Shown here in pieces: positions 1 to 13,782 of a stretch of DNA of 64,000 bases (its first letter is position 1; every line of letters starts with the position of its first letter). The DNA comes from Octopus vulgaris. Its lineage: Eukaryota. The stretch lies in NCBI GenBank assembly GCA_951406725.2, contig OX597814.1:205654001-205718000 (forward strand), in the 5' to 3' direction. The notes beneath the pieces are model-generated. The model had not been told where the DNA came from. It ran no database searches and saw nothing but the letters and a program-made list of their open reading frames with translations. Made by a program: the position numbers and the translations under genes.

Positions 1-434
1 AAGATGGGTTTCAGTGAGGACGAAGAAAGGGATGTGGTTTGGATGGGCCTCGACCCAGTCCTCCAGGAATCTTATCTTCCATTTTTGTGTATTGGTGGAA
101 GGGCTGATGCCTTGGGCATTAAGCAGAAATGTTGAGGCGAGAGTGGATGGTTTTAATTGTTTTGGTGATTTGTTTATTTGATTGCTTTTTAATGGCATGT
201 GTAGTGGGGTAATAGTGGTGGATGGCGGTGGGTGATAGCTCGGATGTTTTTTTCCAGTTCTTTTGCTAGATTCATTATAGCTAGATTCATTGCTAGATTC
301 ATTTTTGCTAGATTCATTATATATATATATATATATATAATTTGTATACATTTATATATATATACCAACTCTTATATTTATACATTTATATATATTACAT
401 TTACTCTTACATTTATATATATATACCAACTCTT

Positions 435-670
<236 letters not shown>

Positions 671-980
671 TACATACAGTCATCTCACAACTTTAGTCAC
701 ACCCAGAAAAGTTTATATATATATATGTATATTTAAATGGGTTATTCCCCTGACTGATTCCATTATGTTCTTTACAAATGCATTTACAATTTTATATTTA
801 TATATTCTACAAGTATTGCAAATCACACACTCATGTTCAAGCTTAGTTATGATAGTACAGCCTGTCTACACCTATTGTCTAAGTTCTGCCTTAATCAGGA
901 AAACGCGGAGGAAATTCATTTCGATGTTTGAGAAATATTACTGAGATTTTTAAGAAATTGGCAAACATTTTGTTTTCCAG

Positions 981-1023
981 TATTTGTTGTACGTATACCA
1001 TTCAAAGTGACAGACTCAGAAAG
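981..1023 (+). other. Putative non-coding 5'UTR micro-exon A (43 nt) for gene copy 1
   Basis: ttttgttttccAG|...cagaaag|GTAAGA; diverged homologue of four other copies that keeps both splice sites. Confidence 0.6.
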
Positions 1024-1064
1024 GTAAGACGATTATTATTATTTTTGTGGTTTAACATATTTTC

Positions 1065-2390
1065 CTCCAGAAGAGGTCTCTGTCTTCTCGTGAAGAAGTT
1101 TCTGTAATGTCCACTGCACCTCTTCTCATGTCACTGTATACTGCTGCCTGGTTTCGCTTAAATCTTTTGTTTACTGTTTTTCACTTGGTTATTCTCTTCT
1201 GATTTCCGGATTTGTCACTGACAACTTTTTGCTCCGGTTTGAGAGACATTAGTTCGAAAGTGAGTGTCCTCCGTTTATCTGTTGAGCTGTTGTTTTTGTT
1301 CTGTTCCTTGGTTGTGTTGTTGTTGATGTTGTGTCCAGCCATGTTGTTTGTAGTAAATCTCTGCATGCTAAATTCAAGTTTCAGTCGAAAATCAATACAA
1401 TCTTTAATAAAAGGCTCCTTCAGTTAATTCTTCTAAAGATTAACCAGTTATTTAACAGGGCTTCAAAGATGGAGATAGTATTCATCGTATCTTCCATAAA
1501 TAGTCTTCCATACTAAATACGCGACGTGTCACTTCGAGCCAGCCTGTCCGTATGTATGTATGTATGTATGTATGTATGTATGTATGATGTATGTATGTAT
1601 GTATGTATGTATGCATGTATGGTTGATATTTCCTGATCCGGCATTGCAAATGCATACCCTTCAAAGTGGAAGGTAGCAATCCAGCTATTGGTCCATGATA
1701 AACTGCTTTGATGATCGATGTTTATATTGTTTAGTGAAAGGTGTTTTGTTACAGTTGCCAATGTAAGATATATTTTCATCCACCCCTAGATACCAGATAC
1801 AGGGGAAACAGTTAAATCATTGACGGAGTTGTTACTAGTCTGGTTTAAAGTATTCCCCCTTTTCACAACCATATGACAACATTTATACTGACCAAACTCC
1901 AACCGTACATCCTTTGAGGATGTTGTAACTAGCTCAAGGCTCTTTTTCATCTCATGCATATTCTTTGCATAAAGTTTTAAGTCAGTCACAAAGAAACAGT
2001 GTGTAATTTTGGTATTTATGTTTCCTTGTGAACCTGTGAGATATCCTACAGACTTCCTTAACATGAATGAAGAAGGGTTTACACAAAGTATAAACAACAT
2101 CATAGAGTGGCTGTCCCCTTGGAATATACCTTTGCGATATCAGTGATCATACATTAACTCTTTGTGATTAATTTTAGTATAGTGGACTACGATGAAGTCA
2201 GCTCTTCTATGGTTTTGACTGTTCTCACTGGAACTTTCACAAGTTGAGGGGTTTCTGGCATCCATGAGTAGGGAACACAGTGAAAGGTTTTCTTGTAATG
2301 TAGCCACAATGAAACTCACTTCCTCCTATGCTCTCGCACCTCTGACACCTCAGTTTTCTTTATTAACAGTTGCTCGGCACATGTATGTAT
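1065..2390 (-). mobile_element. R4/Dong-like (RLE) LINE fragments: 5' end plus RT pieces around a (TATG)n tract
   Basis: Minus-strand RT-like peptide (FILCVNPSSFMLR...ITHCFFVTDLKLYAKN); homologous to 49360-49630 and 52560-53570. Confidence 0.75.
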
Positions 2391-2432
2391 GTTACATATA
2401 TATATATTTCTCTCTCTTCTGTCTTTGATAAT

Positions 2433-4270
2433 TTAACCCATTAAATTCCAGAGTAATGAAATGTTTGAATATTACTTTTAAATTTTCAAAGATAATTGAA
2501 AAAAAAAAGGGTAAAGTGAAAGAAAATCAATTATAAAAACTGCTTTACTTCAAGTAGAAATGGAAATACACGGGTTTCCCACAAAGAGGACCTTGGCCCA
2601 ATGTGATATATTCATAAAGTCAAAATCCCTCATATGTTATCTGTTAATATATTCTATTGGTATTAAAGTTTATATGTAAAATGGCTAAAGTTTTTGAAAG
2701 AATACAGCGAAATAATAGACTGAAATACAAAAAATACGATACAATTAAAGATTGAAATACAAACCATACAAAAAAAAAGATTGAAAGAAATCAATTTATA
2801 AGACTATGCCTTGAGGAAATGGGCCAAAACAGTCTTGACTCAGGGTGACGTTGCACTTTTCACAATAATTTAGTGGTTTCCTGTTGTACGACTTATTTTG
2901 ACAACGTCGTTGCTGATCTCGTTTAGCTATTATATGGCCTTTCAAATCAAATTGAACGTCAGCAATTGGTGTGGATGGTATGATCGTCTATGTTTATTGT
3001 TCAGATTGCTTAGCAGTGGAGAGCTTTAGATATGAAACGCATAGATATCTCCTGAAATCGAGTAAATATTTATGTTTCCTCCTTTCCCTCGTTGATCAGT
3101 TTGTAAATAGTCCACGCATTGACAACAGTCCTATCAATAACTCTAGCCAACAATGGTCTGCACCACTTTATGCGTCTAATTGAGGTTGCACATTTTGACA
3201 CCAACCAGTCGGGCTTGTCAACTCCACCCATGCAATTGTTATATGAGCCGCAAACATGGGGTCGGGTCACATTGCCCTTGCTTTTACTTCCTTTACTCTA
3301 GCGTTGTACATTGCAAATGGGTTCGACTGAATCAGGATTAGTCACAATTCTCAAACATTTAGTGTCAAGCCAACTAACTACAAGGATTTCATTATTGATT
3401 TCAAATCTATAATCATATGAACATCTTGGCTCCTTTCTCATCAATGCTCTTTCCTTTAGAGGACATCTCTTGAGACAATTATCTCTCGTAGCGGTTGCAT
3501 CAAATCCCATTTGCCCGAGGTGCACTAACAGATCATACTTTGTGAATATATTATCAAAATATACGGAATGTGACCGAGGATCATCTACCACTCCAAGAAA
3601 CTCTCCTTCCAAGTGGAAGATCGTCTTCGGATCCTTTTTGAATTCTCTTGCCACAATACAGATCAAAGTTGTAACAAAATCCTGAAACACCGCACAATGC
3701 CCAAAATTTTTAACGAAATCTTATGGGTTTCCCTTTTATAAATTGTTTGAGTGAATTATGCCCCCATAGCATTTGACCATCATTACATCGACTGACAGAC
3801 TCTTTTCAAAAATTTCGAATCTCTTGAAGGAAGTCTGAACCATATTAAAGAGAGAACGAACTGCATATTATTTATCATCTTTATTCTCCTCCCAAATTTC
3901 GTTATTCTGAAGTGAATGGTGCTTTAAAGATGCTGGAATGGATTTCTTGTAATAGCAGTTTTGATTAATGGCACACCCAGATCTTCGTCACTTGACCACT
4001 GGTTTCTTGTGAGGGGTAACCTAAGATAACTGGAATATATTAGAACTCCAAGAACTGTTTCATTCATCTACAGAAAAGGTTTCGATTTTAATCCTTCCGG
4101 GCCGCAGAATATCGAACGTTTTCTTTCGCTGTGTAGTCATATATTTCTGGTGTTTGCATTTCCTCAAACATTTCAACAGGGCTGCGTTATTGCAGAGCAT
4201 CTTGCATTTTTCTAAAACATTCTAACTAATTCTTAATTCTTGGCTGAGCTTTTTGTGTATTCAAGTATCT
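2433..4270 (-). mobile_element. Degenerate piggyBac (PGBD3-like) transposon
   Basis: Motifs SVDVMMVKC...LKQFIKGKP, HSVYFDNIFT and YNNCMGGVD; TTAA-CCC end at 2433-2439. Confidence 0.85.
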
Positions 4271-5611
4271 CTTTCGATGTAATCGAGGTGCTCCTCCCGC
4301 AAATATTTCAGGCCTAATGTAGAAAGGATTATTATTGGTATGAATGCAAATTCGTAATCTGGATATAGAAGCTGGAAGTTACAATGCATTTGTCCATAAT
4401 TACCTTCTTTGTTTTTGATTTTCAAAGAGATATTCCCATCAGCAGGGCAACCGACCTGTACGACGGTACATTCTTTTTCTTGCCTGTCCCAGACAACAAT
4501 ATCTGACTTGTTACGCTTACCTTAGCATGAATGCACACCTGTTTCTGTCACACCAACCTCTCTTCATCTGGCACACCATCACTTCTTCCAATGCTCCCTC
4601 CCCGTCTGAAAGAATATTTGTCTTGCAAATTACTTGGCGACCCTGCAAATGTTGGTGCCAGGTAAAGAGCCACCAATCCACACTGTAAAGTGGTTGGTAT
4701 TTTCGAAGGGCATCCAGCTGTTAAAATCATGCCAAACCTGACCTAGTCTGTGCTGGGGCCACGTAAAAGACACTCTTCCGGCTTGTTGGTTAGGAAGGGC
4801 ATCCAGCCCTAAAAACCATGCTAAAACATACACTGAAGCCTTGTGCAGGCTTTTGCCTAGCCAGCTCCTGTCAAACCGTCCAAACCATGCCAGCACGAAA
4901 AGCAGACGTGAAATGATGAGGATTATGATGAAGATAACAAGGATGATGATGACGGCGACGACGATGATGATGACGATGATTCATCTATATTTTCAGCTGC
5001 CCCTTAGAACGCCAATGGCTTCAATGTCTCTTTTATTGATTAGGTATTTAGTAGCAATCTCCCGTTCTTGGACTGTAAATGCATATCTTTCGAAGCCTAG
5101 TGTGATGTATCGGTCATGAGTCCAAAAGGGATTTCGTTTCATCTCTGTTACTATCATCTTCAGGTCTACTAGAAACGTACTCATACATGGTCATTTCTTA
5201 GCGTTCCATTTTGAATCTGTTTGAAACGAAATTCATACTCATTTCATATATCTTTACCATCTACATTAAAACCTCCGTATTTTCAGTTCAAATATAACTT
5301 GATTCAGTTATGATGCTAATTTTAATACCTTGAACTAGGTAGCATCGAATGCAATAGAACATCTCCTGCAACCGTTGAATAGAAAATCTCCTGCAACCTT
5401 TGAATTGAAAATATCGACCTTGAAACGGGGATATGTTTAACCATAAAAGAGGTACTCGGCAACAGAAAAATGCATTGATTTCTCAGATACATTGACCACA
5501 ACACTTATGATTGTTTCGTAACATTGCAAATGTCTATGAAATAAAGAAACGGAGTTGAATCTTCATTACTTAATATGCTTTGTTTTTTCATATTTTTACA
5601 GATAACCAAAT

Positions 5612-7825
5612 ATGGCTGCCACGCAGACGACAACAACAGCAACCAGTTCTCTTATTCTTTCAATCATTCTTATTATCACACTGACATCACTAAACATCGA
5701 TGCGAAGGAACTCGGCAATGATTGTGAAGTTAAAATCCCTCCCAATATCGGTGAGATTTTATCTCGTTTAGAAAAAGAGGTTTTCAATTTTGAAGTCCAT
5801 TTATCAAACAAGACACTTGATGACCTTCTTAATCCTGTGCCATTGGATTATTTTGCAAATGCGAGGAATTTTACGTGGATTCCAGATAAATCAGGTGCTT
5901 TAACTATATATAGAACTTTCTCCTATGATTTTTCAATGCATACTTTTAATATGTTGGACGTCTACGTTGCTAAACAAAGGATTGATATCAATATCACTTG
6001 TGGAAAACAAAATATTCAGAGACACGATTTAATATATTTGATATTCGACGCATTGAAAAGAATCATATTTATGGACAAATTGCAAATGGCAGAATCTGGA
6101 TACATGTGTTTTTTTATAAATTTGTCTCAAGACATGAAGAAGAACAGCCCTCACTCATTTGAAACTTACAGAAGAATTGGTATAAATCGAGAAATTATAA
6201 AGAAGTATTGCTGTAAACTCTATAAAAATGAAAGTAATCTTTATCGCCCCAAATCCATTTGTTCAGGAAAAATCATTCAAAATGCTAACTTTTTTAATTA
6301 TTTAGATATTTTCGGAGGGGTTCTGTGGCTATTTTTCCCATTAATTATTAGTTTCGTATCAAAAGCTAAATTACCTTCACATTCCCGTCAACTCAATCTG
6401 CCACTGTTTGCTCACGATGAATTCTTATTTACAATTAAAAACACATTGCCATACAAATCCGAGTGGATCAATGGAAAACATAATATTTACACATTCTCTC
6501 ATCTTCTGTCTTGGGTATTTTGTTTCCACAATTCCTCTTTCTTTGCCTCAAGACTAAGAAGATTCCTTTGTATTCTATTTTCTCTTTCAGTAATTTTCCT
6601 TGATCTTTTGATGCATTACTTCTTTTTATATGAAACAATAGCAATACTTTTCCAAGATGGTATACCGTTGGGACATCGCGCCTTAATATTAGGAATCCCA
6701 GAAAGTTATGAGAATACTGATGGCTTTTTTGGTGGTCCTTTTGTATGGTTAATCTCTTACGTATCTTTCAACTTTATCCTCTTCGTTCTTCCCAGTCGTT
6801 TAAGTGAGACTATCGCTTATAAAACATTACATCAAAGATCCACTTTCACGTTTCTCATTCAAAATAAGAGATTATTAGAGAAGTATGGCAATTTAGATGT
6901 TTCTACACAACAGGATTATGATCTACTCTATGCAATAATGGAAGCTAATGTTTCTACAGCTTTAAACCCAAATTTCTGGTATTTAATAATTTATACTTGG
7001 ATTAATCGTATCAAGAAAATTTGGTTATATTACTACAGGAGAAATATTTTCTGGAAATTCATTACACTTTGGCTCTTTATTTCCATTACAATTTTATTTG
7101 CTGTATTTTCTGTCTGTGAATTATTTCTATGCCTCGTTTATTATGGAATCCCAATTTTTTATCTGATTTTAACTTTACCATTAAGTTATTTCAGAGTTTA
7201 TATTTTCCCCCTGTATTTGAATCCTAACTACATTTTCAAGATTATTGCTTTCATTTTAACATTCATATCGTTTCTATATTTTCTAGTGTGGGCAATTTAT
7301 TCAATCTATATATCTCTTACAAGTTTTCAAGTCGTTTTCGGCTATATATTTTCAATAGCTGTTGCACTACTTGCTAAGCCTGGTACCGTTGGTGATATAT
7401 GGTTTGTTTCCATGTTTCTTCTCTATGGTATTGCAATCATAAAATCTATTCAGAAACGGTATGACTTTATTCTACTCGAATCCATAAAGCTCACCAAAAT
7501 TCTTCGTCCAAATTTAGTTCAGTCAAAATATGGAGAAGAATTCATAAACGCCACTTTGTTCAAGACAATTGTTAATCACCGTTTTCCCTTGAGAAATGAG
7601 ATTGGTAAATCCATTGTAAAACTGTTTTTAATCCTATCTTTTTTCTTTGCTTGCAACAATATAATAAGTCTAGAAGAGTTGCACTTATCAGCATTCACAA
7701 AGATTACTTTGATATTGATGACGTCTATGATACCTAAATTTTTGTCTATGATAAATGCAGATCGTAGGTTAACAATAACCATGTTAGATAAAATGATCCA
7801 TACAATAAACTTATTTGAAGAATGA
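5612..7825 (+). CDS. Uncharacterised multi-pass membrane protein, array copy 1 (737 aa, intact, single coding exon)
   Basis: Long ORF; hydrophobic N-terminal signal; Cys-rich N-glycosylated ectodomain; about 10 hydrophobic segments; splice acceptor ttttacAG 10 nt before the ATG; three paralogues in the window. Confidence 0.92.
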   Translation: MAATQTTTTATSSLILSIILIITLTSLNIDAKELGNDCEVKIPPNIGEILSRLEKEVFNFEVHLSNKTLDDLLNPVPLDYFANARNFTWIPDKSGALTIYRTFSYDFSMHTFNMLDVYVAKQRIDINITCGKQNIQRHDLIYLIFDALKRIIFMDKLQMAESGYMCFFINLSQDMKKNSPHSFETYRRIGINREIIKKYCCKLYKNESNLYRPKSICSGKIIQNANFFNYLDIFGGVLWLFFPLIISFVSKAKLPSHSRQLNLPLFAHDEFLFTIKNTLPYKSEWINGKHNIYTFSHLLSWVFCFHNSSFFASRLRRFLCILFSLSVIFLDLLMHYFFLYETIAILFQDGIPLGHRALILGIPESYENTDGFFGGPFVWLISYVSFNFILFVLPSRLSETIAYKTLHQRSTFTFLIQNKRLLEKYGNLDVSTQQDYDLLYAIMEANVSTALNPNFWYLIIYTWINRIKKIWLYYYRRNIFWKFITLWLFISITILFAVFSVCELFLCLVYYGIPIFYLILTLPLSYFRVYIFPLYLNPNYIFKIIAFILTFISFLYFLVWAIYSIYISLTSFQVVFGYIFSIAVALLAKPGTVGDIWFVSMFLLYGIAIIKSIQKRYDFILLESIKLTKILRPNLVQSKYGEEFINATLFKTIVNHRFPLRNEIGKSIVKLFLILSFFFACNNIISLEELHLSAFTKITLILMTSMIPKFLSMINADRRLTITMLDKMIHTINLFEE

Positions 7826-8559
7826 AATACATCACGGAGAAGTTTATCAAGTTATTTGATATTCTTCGATAAAATCAAAATTCCTTCAAAGTGTTTTATG
7901 AATTCTAACCTACGTTCTGTAACATAATAATAGTAGTAGTAGTAGTAGTATTAGTAGTAGTAGTAGTAGTAATAATAATAATAATAATTGTTCTGGCCAT
8001 TCTCACAGTTACAAACACACTTAGCCGCCTCCTATACCTACCTACCTACCTACCTACCTACCTACCTACCTACCTACCTACCTACCTACCTACATACATA
8101 CATACATACATACATACATACATACATACATACACACACACACATACATACATACATACATACATACATACATACATACATACATACATACATACATACA
8201 GTTTATAAATTATTAGATAATTATTTACCAGTGGCTATCATGCTTAACAGGAGTCAGAAGACATACATATATTTAAATATAATATTATATGAAAACATAC
8301 AAGAAAACTACCATGTGGATTTCTTACATGCTAAAAATGGCAGTCGAAGCCTGAAACCATGAAAGAATATTTCTTACATTAAAGCATGTTTATGTGTACT
8401 GATGACGCGTGTTATCCTAGGAATACGTGTTACAACTATCCTGTTACCACCCAACCCCTGGAAACCATTGAAATATATAATCTCAAACAATTCTTCATTG
8501 CTTAATCTTGTCTTTCTGTCTGGTTTAATCCAGATTTTTGTTTATTTTGTTTCGAATCG

Positions 8560-8565
8560 AATAAA
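8560..8565 (+). terminator. Putative poly(A) signal of copy 1
   Basis: AATAAA plus downstream GT/T-rich element inside a block conserved behind copies 3 and 4. Confidence 0.55.
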
Positions 8566-10619
8566 GAATTTATTTTGATATCAACTATAATGTTGTTTGA
8601 CTTTCTTCTCCGAATCCACGCCTCTGGGCGCTCTGTATTATTATTCTCTATCCATTTCTGAGTTTGTGTGTGTTTATGTATATGTGTGCATGGGTTTGGG
8701 TGCGTGTGTATGTGTGTGCATTAATCAAACAGTTGAGACTCATTGTTGGGTCTGTCAAAAGAATTGAAAAATGAACAACCCTCAAAATCAAGAATTTAAA
8801 GGAATTGCAAATGAATGCAAACATGAATTTCAAAAAAAAACGTCACATCTTCTGCATTACTTGCCTACAATTCGATGAGAATTACATTGGAGGAACAGAA
8901 ACAAATTTCGCCAACCTTGTGAACGTCCTCAAATGGTAAAGGAAAATTCATCTTTTAGAAATGGTCCACGTAATGAACATGTAAACATTTGTGCGAATGA
9001 AAAATAGAAAATATTCCCTTTTTACAAAATAAAAGACGAAAATATCCAGCTATGAAAGGCACTTTATAAGACTTCCCAATGTGAAACTAAACCAAACTGA
9101 TTATTAAAAACAACTTTCTCTACACGCAATACCCCAGATCATGTGTTTTGTAGAAGTTCAACAACGAAAGCGGTTACATACAAAATACAAAGGCTTTGTG
9201 ACATTCTATTCTCTAAATAAATTTTAAACAGTTAATAAATTTTAAAAGTAAAAAAACCCACTAAAAGAGAATGTCTCTCCCTAGACATTTACAAGATCTT
9301 TCATGAAATATTTTGAGATTATCAAATACATTTAGAAAAACATTTACCCCACCCCACACACACATCCATATGACGGTGCTGCAGAATGGTCGCAGTCAAA
9401 TGGCTTAAACATGTAAAACAATAAAAGAATATATACATATCCTCGGTGCCACAAGCATTTTTGTCGCCCCCATGTTGAATTCAACGTATCTCTACATGTT
9501 GTAAATAGATTAGAAATATCTGGAAAATATATTTTCAGAACTCCTGTTTCCGTCGCCGAGGTGACTGTCTCGCTATCAGGCCATATATATATATATACAG
9601 GATAAAGTGTAAAACTATTTAATCAATTAATAATTAATAATTTTACAAAGCAGTTCGGTATGTTAAAAGAACCATTATCGGTAAACTTATACAAAATTTC
9701 TATAATTACGTGCATAATTATAATTAGTGTTTAGCAAAATTTGCTTCACCAGACACCGAAATTTAGAAACAGCAGTTAAAATACTATTCTACTATCATAA
9801 GATATCTCCCTGACAGCAATACTCTACATTTCACGCAGCTAAAGAGAAAAATAGTGAATCCACCGGCAACAATGGCGCAAAACAGGGAAAGAAAGTAAAC
9901 GCTATCTTTTTGATTGCAGATATAGAAGTGATTCGGTTTAATTTTATAAATCCTTTTATGTGCCAATCATGAATGGAATAATGGCCAACTTAACTCTTAT
10001 CAATCGGCAAAAGACGATCCCGATGCTAGCTCTATGAAATGTCTGAAATCATACTTTGGTAAGCTTCATCAAGATCTCAATCATTTCACGGCGAAAGAGA
10101 CAGAGATAGGAGGCACTGTGTCGTTTACGATGGTGAGCGTTCCAGTTGATCCAATCGATGGAACATTCTGTCCATGAAATTAACGTGCCAGTGGCTGAGT
10201 ACTCCACAGACACGCGTACCTTTCACGTAGTCTCTAGAGAGATTCAGTGTGACACAGAATGCAACAAGGCTGGCTCTTTGAATTACTCCTTTTGGCAAGC
10301 TGAGTGGAATGGCGAGAACGTGAAATAAAGTGTGTTGCTCAAGGATAGGACATAGCACTCCGCCAGGCATCGAATTTACGACCTTACAATCATTGAGTGG
10401 AACACACTGACCACTAAGCCACGCGCCCTCACGGCCAAACAATTCCACCAACTATTAACATTTGTTGAACGCAAAAGAATAGTTGATGAAATCATTTCTA
10501 AAAAGTGATCTATAGAGTGAGAACAAATCTGAAAGAAAATAAATTAAGGTGGTGCTCCAGTATGGCAGCAATACCACGACTGAACCATTAAAAGAATAAC
10601 AAGAGCGCTCAGAGCGCAC

Positions 10620-10952
10620 AAACCTCCGCCAAGGCAACACCAACGTCCTCTCAACGATTAGCCAGAGATGAGTTTTAAAATGAGAATACCTGAAATAAAC
10701 TCGACTGCTCTAAGAGAATACTAAAAAGGAATCCGAACGCTCTCAATAATTAAAAAAAATAGGAAAAATAATCCAGAATCCTTGTCCAGTAGCTGATCAA
10801 TTGCAAAATCTAATAGGTTCGTGCCAGTCACGAGGCCAAACATCTCTGAAAGTTTCATGCGAATCCATCCACCGGTTCTTGAGAATCTTGTCCACGAACA
10901 GACTAACAAACACGACTTAAAAAATACCTCCGCCTTAAGGAAGGCGGATGTA
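10620..10952. mobile_element. HINE/DINE-1-like non-autonomous rolling-circle element
   Basis: acctccgcc at both ends, terminal hairpin (ccgcctt-aagg-aaggcgg) and an aaagtttcatgcgaatccatcc core. Confidence 0.5.
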
Positions 10953-11279
10953 ATGAAAGAACAAGGTAAACAATAGATTGTTGATCTACGGAATTATTGA
11001 TCAGTTATGCTCTGTTGCTTATCACACACCAACAAACAAATGAGTAACCCTCACCACACCAACCAAGTCCGCCGAAAAATAAAATGGAAACAATGTCTAC
11101 AGACAGATGAAATGAGTATAAATGAATTAGTCTGGAAGAGGAGCGGAGAGCTGAGAGTAGAAACGTGGTAGCAGGAAGAGGAGATGAGAATAAATTAATT
11201 AACCAATAATTACATCGCAACCAATCAGTTGCTCAATGAGATATGAGGGGGGTCAATCAATGAATGTCACAAATACTCG

Positions 11280-11770
11280 TTCACAGGAAAGTAGAGGGTC
11301 GTTCATCGGGAAGGAAAATCTGGTGAGAAGTAAAGGGTTTGATTCAGATTGCAGGTTTTATGAAATGACATGATGGAATGATTGCCTTTCGATTTAAACC
11401 GAAACCAAAGGGATCAATGGTGGGAATTTTGCGATTGTAGCAAAGCTGAAGAGAGGAAAGCAGCCAAAAGAGAATTGATTGTCGGATGGTAGAACACAAA
11501 ACTGCCTTTCTATGTAGGTAACTTATTGACTTTTACTATAAAACTTACAACGGAGAAGTAAACATACCAAGTTGATTGCACTGGTAGAAGAAAAAAACTG
11601 ATATCCAAAAGTGAGAATCGACAAACACTTGTCAAAGTTTGGGTTTTGTTGCCCTAGTAACCAGAGCTTTTGAGATAGGAGTTTCTAACCTAGTGCAGTT
11701 GCTTCATCACCTCATTTTATATGTCTCTGTAAATTATGGAGCCAATCTGACTTCATCTACCGGCCCTTAA
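11280..11770 (-). mobile_element. Highly degenerate Penelope-like RT fragment
   Basis: Minus-strand translation resembles the RT C-terminal/thumb region (VDEV..., LDIS, SYLHRKAVLCST); many stops. Confidence 0.35.
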
Positions 11771-12011
11771 ACCGTTCCCATCCCAAAATGAGGCAAACAC
11801 ATTTTTCGCATTTCAGCTTTATAGATTTTGATTGTATATTTCACATGCACAGGGAATAGGTTACTCCGGTTCAAGCATAGTTCTGACAATACAGTCTGTC
11901 TACCACCACTTGGGTTCTGTTTTGATCAGGAAAGCACAGAGGAAAGTTGCTTTGTTGGTTGAGAAAACTTATTGATGCTTTTAAGAAATTGGCTTACTTT
12001 TTGTTTCCCAG

Positions 12012-12055
12012 TATTTGTTGTACGTATATCATTGAAATTGGGAGACTCGCAAAAG
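12012..12055 (+). other. Putative 5'UTR micro-exon B (44 nt; no CDS of its own before micro-exon C)
   Basis: ttttgtttcccAG|...cgcaaaag|GTGAGA inside a duplicated block 11830-12365. Confidence 0.5.
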
Positions 12056-12544
12056 GTGAGAGAATTATTATTTTCTTGGTTTAGCAACATATCAGTGTTG
12101 CGGGAGTAGATCTATGATACAAGACGTTCTAACCTTGACCACCACCCTCTCTATTCATATACATTATCCACCAATGTATTTCCTTTCTAATGATTGAAGG
12201 AATGATTTGAGAGATATTTGGCTGTTATTTTCAGTATTTTGTTTTCTTTGGAGGAGTTCACAGTGAGACGAGGTGTCTGTCTGAGGATAAACCATGAATC
12301 AATCGGGTTTTCTTTTTCTCTCTGGGGTTGGAACCCCTGCAAATGGTGTTGCCTTACTTTTCCTGTTTCAGTTATGGAGAGACATGGGTCCAGTGTCCCC
12401 ATAGAGATTCCTTACAGTTTCTCTATTAACAAGGAGCTGTGTGTTAAATGTACCATAGCCATGTAATAGTCTCTCATCAACCGTCATTCTCATCCTTTCT
12501 CTCACTGCCCCTCAATCTTTCACCCTTTCTCTATGTCTATATAA

Positions 12545-12649
<105 letters not shown>

Positions 12650-13489
12650 CGTTCGTCTGTCTGTCTGTGTTTATGTCTCTACATCTATTCTCTCTGCCTC
12701 TATCACTGTGTATATATCTCTCCCTGATAATGACTCTCTCTCTCCGTTGTCCTTTCAATGCTTCTACCTCTGTCGCTCTATATTTCTCTCTCTCCCTACT
12801 CTCGCTCTATCTATGTGATTCAATCCCTAAAGGAACATTCCTGCATCTATGTATGTGTGTATGCATGCATTATGTGTGAGTATGTATGTACACAAGCATG
12901 TATGTGTTTGTATGTATGCATATATATATCTATGTGTGTATGTGTGCATGCTTGTATGTATGTAGGTAGGTATCTATGTGTATGTGCGAGCGTGTAAGTG
13001 TGTATGTGTGTATATGAATGCATGTGTGTGTGTATGTATGTATGTATGTATGTATGTATGTATGTATGTATGTATGTATGTATGTATGTATGTATGTTTC
13101 TCTCCTGGTTTTAATACTTGACATTCTCCTGAAGAAGAGGCTGTTATCTAACAAACATACAAAGCTCCGTCATTGGAATGTCGATGATGGAACCAATGTC
13201 CCATTTAAAACCTGTATACTTTACATTCAGCTGCTCACCTTTTGCTCTTCTTACCTGAGGCTTATAGCTTTGGTATTTAGGAATTAATATTCCATCAGTA
13301 AACATTAGTGTGATCCATTGAATTGGTTAGGGCTACGGTTAGGAACAGAATTAGACTGGACAAAAACCAGATTAGCTTTGCCACGGGGAGAAGCATTACT
13401 GATGTTATTTTCTTAGCCAGACAACTGCAAGAGAAATACTTACCCGAAATTTAATTCGATTTTGAATAGTTTTCTTGGATACTCTCTTT

Positions 13490-13692
13490 ACTCTATACTC
13501 TTTTATTGTTTCAGTCATTTGACTGCGGCCATGCTGGAGCACCGCCTTTAGTCGAGCAAATCGACCTCAGGACTTAGTTTTTGTAGGCCTAGTACTTGTT
13601 CTATCGTCTCTTTTACCGAACCGCTAAGTTACAGGGACGCAAACACACCAGCATCGTTTGTCAAGCGATGTTGGGGGGAAAACACACACACA

Positions 13693-13782
<90 letters not shown>

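Noticed and set aside
5322-5811. Short antisense ORFs recurring at each gene copy
   Set aside because: Shadows of duplicated sequence, with no independent coding evidence.
5612-7825. Assignment to GPCRs or nAChR-like chemotactile receptors
   Set aside because: No DRY/NPxxY or Cys-loop motif, and the number of hydrophobic segments does not fit.
13120-13210. CTGAAGA hammerhead-like start (also 31665)
   Set aside because: No properly placed GAAA or stem III; treated as an ordinary dispersed repeat.
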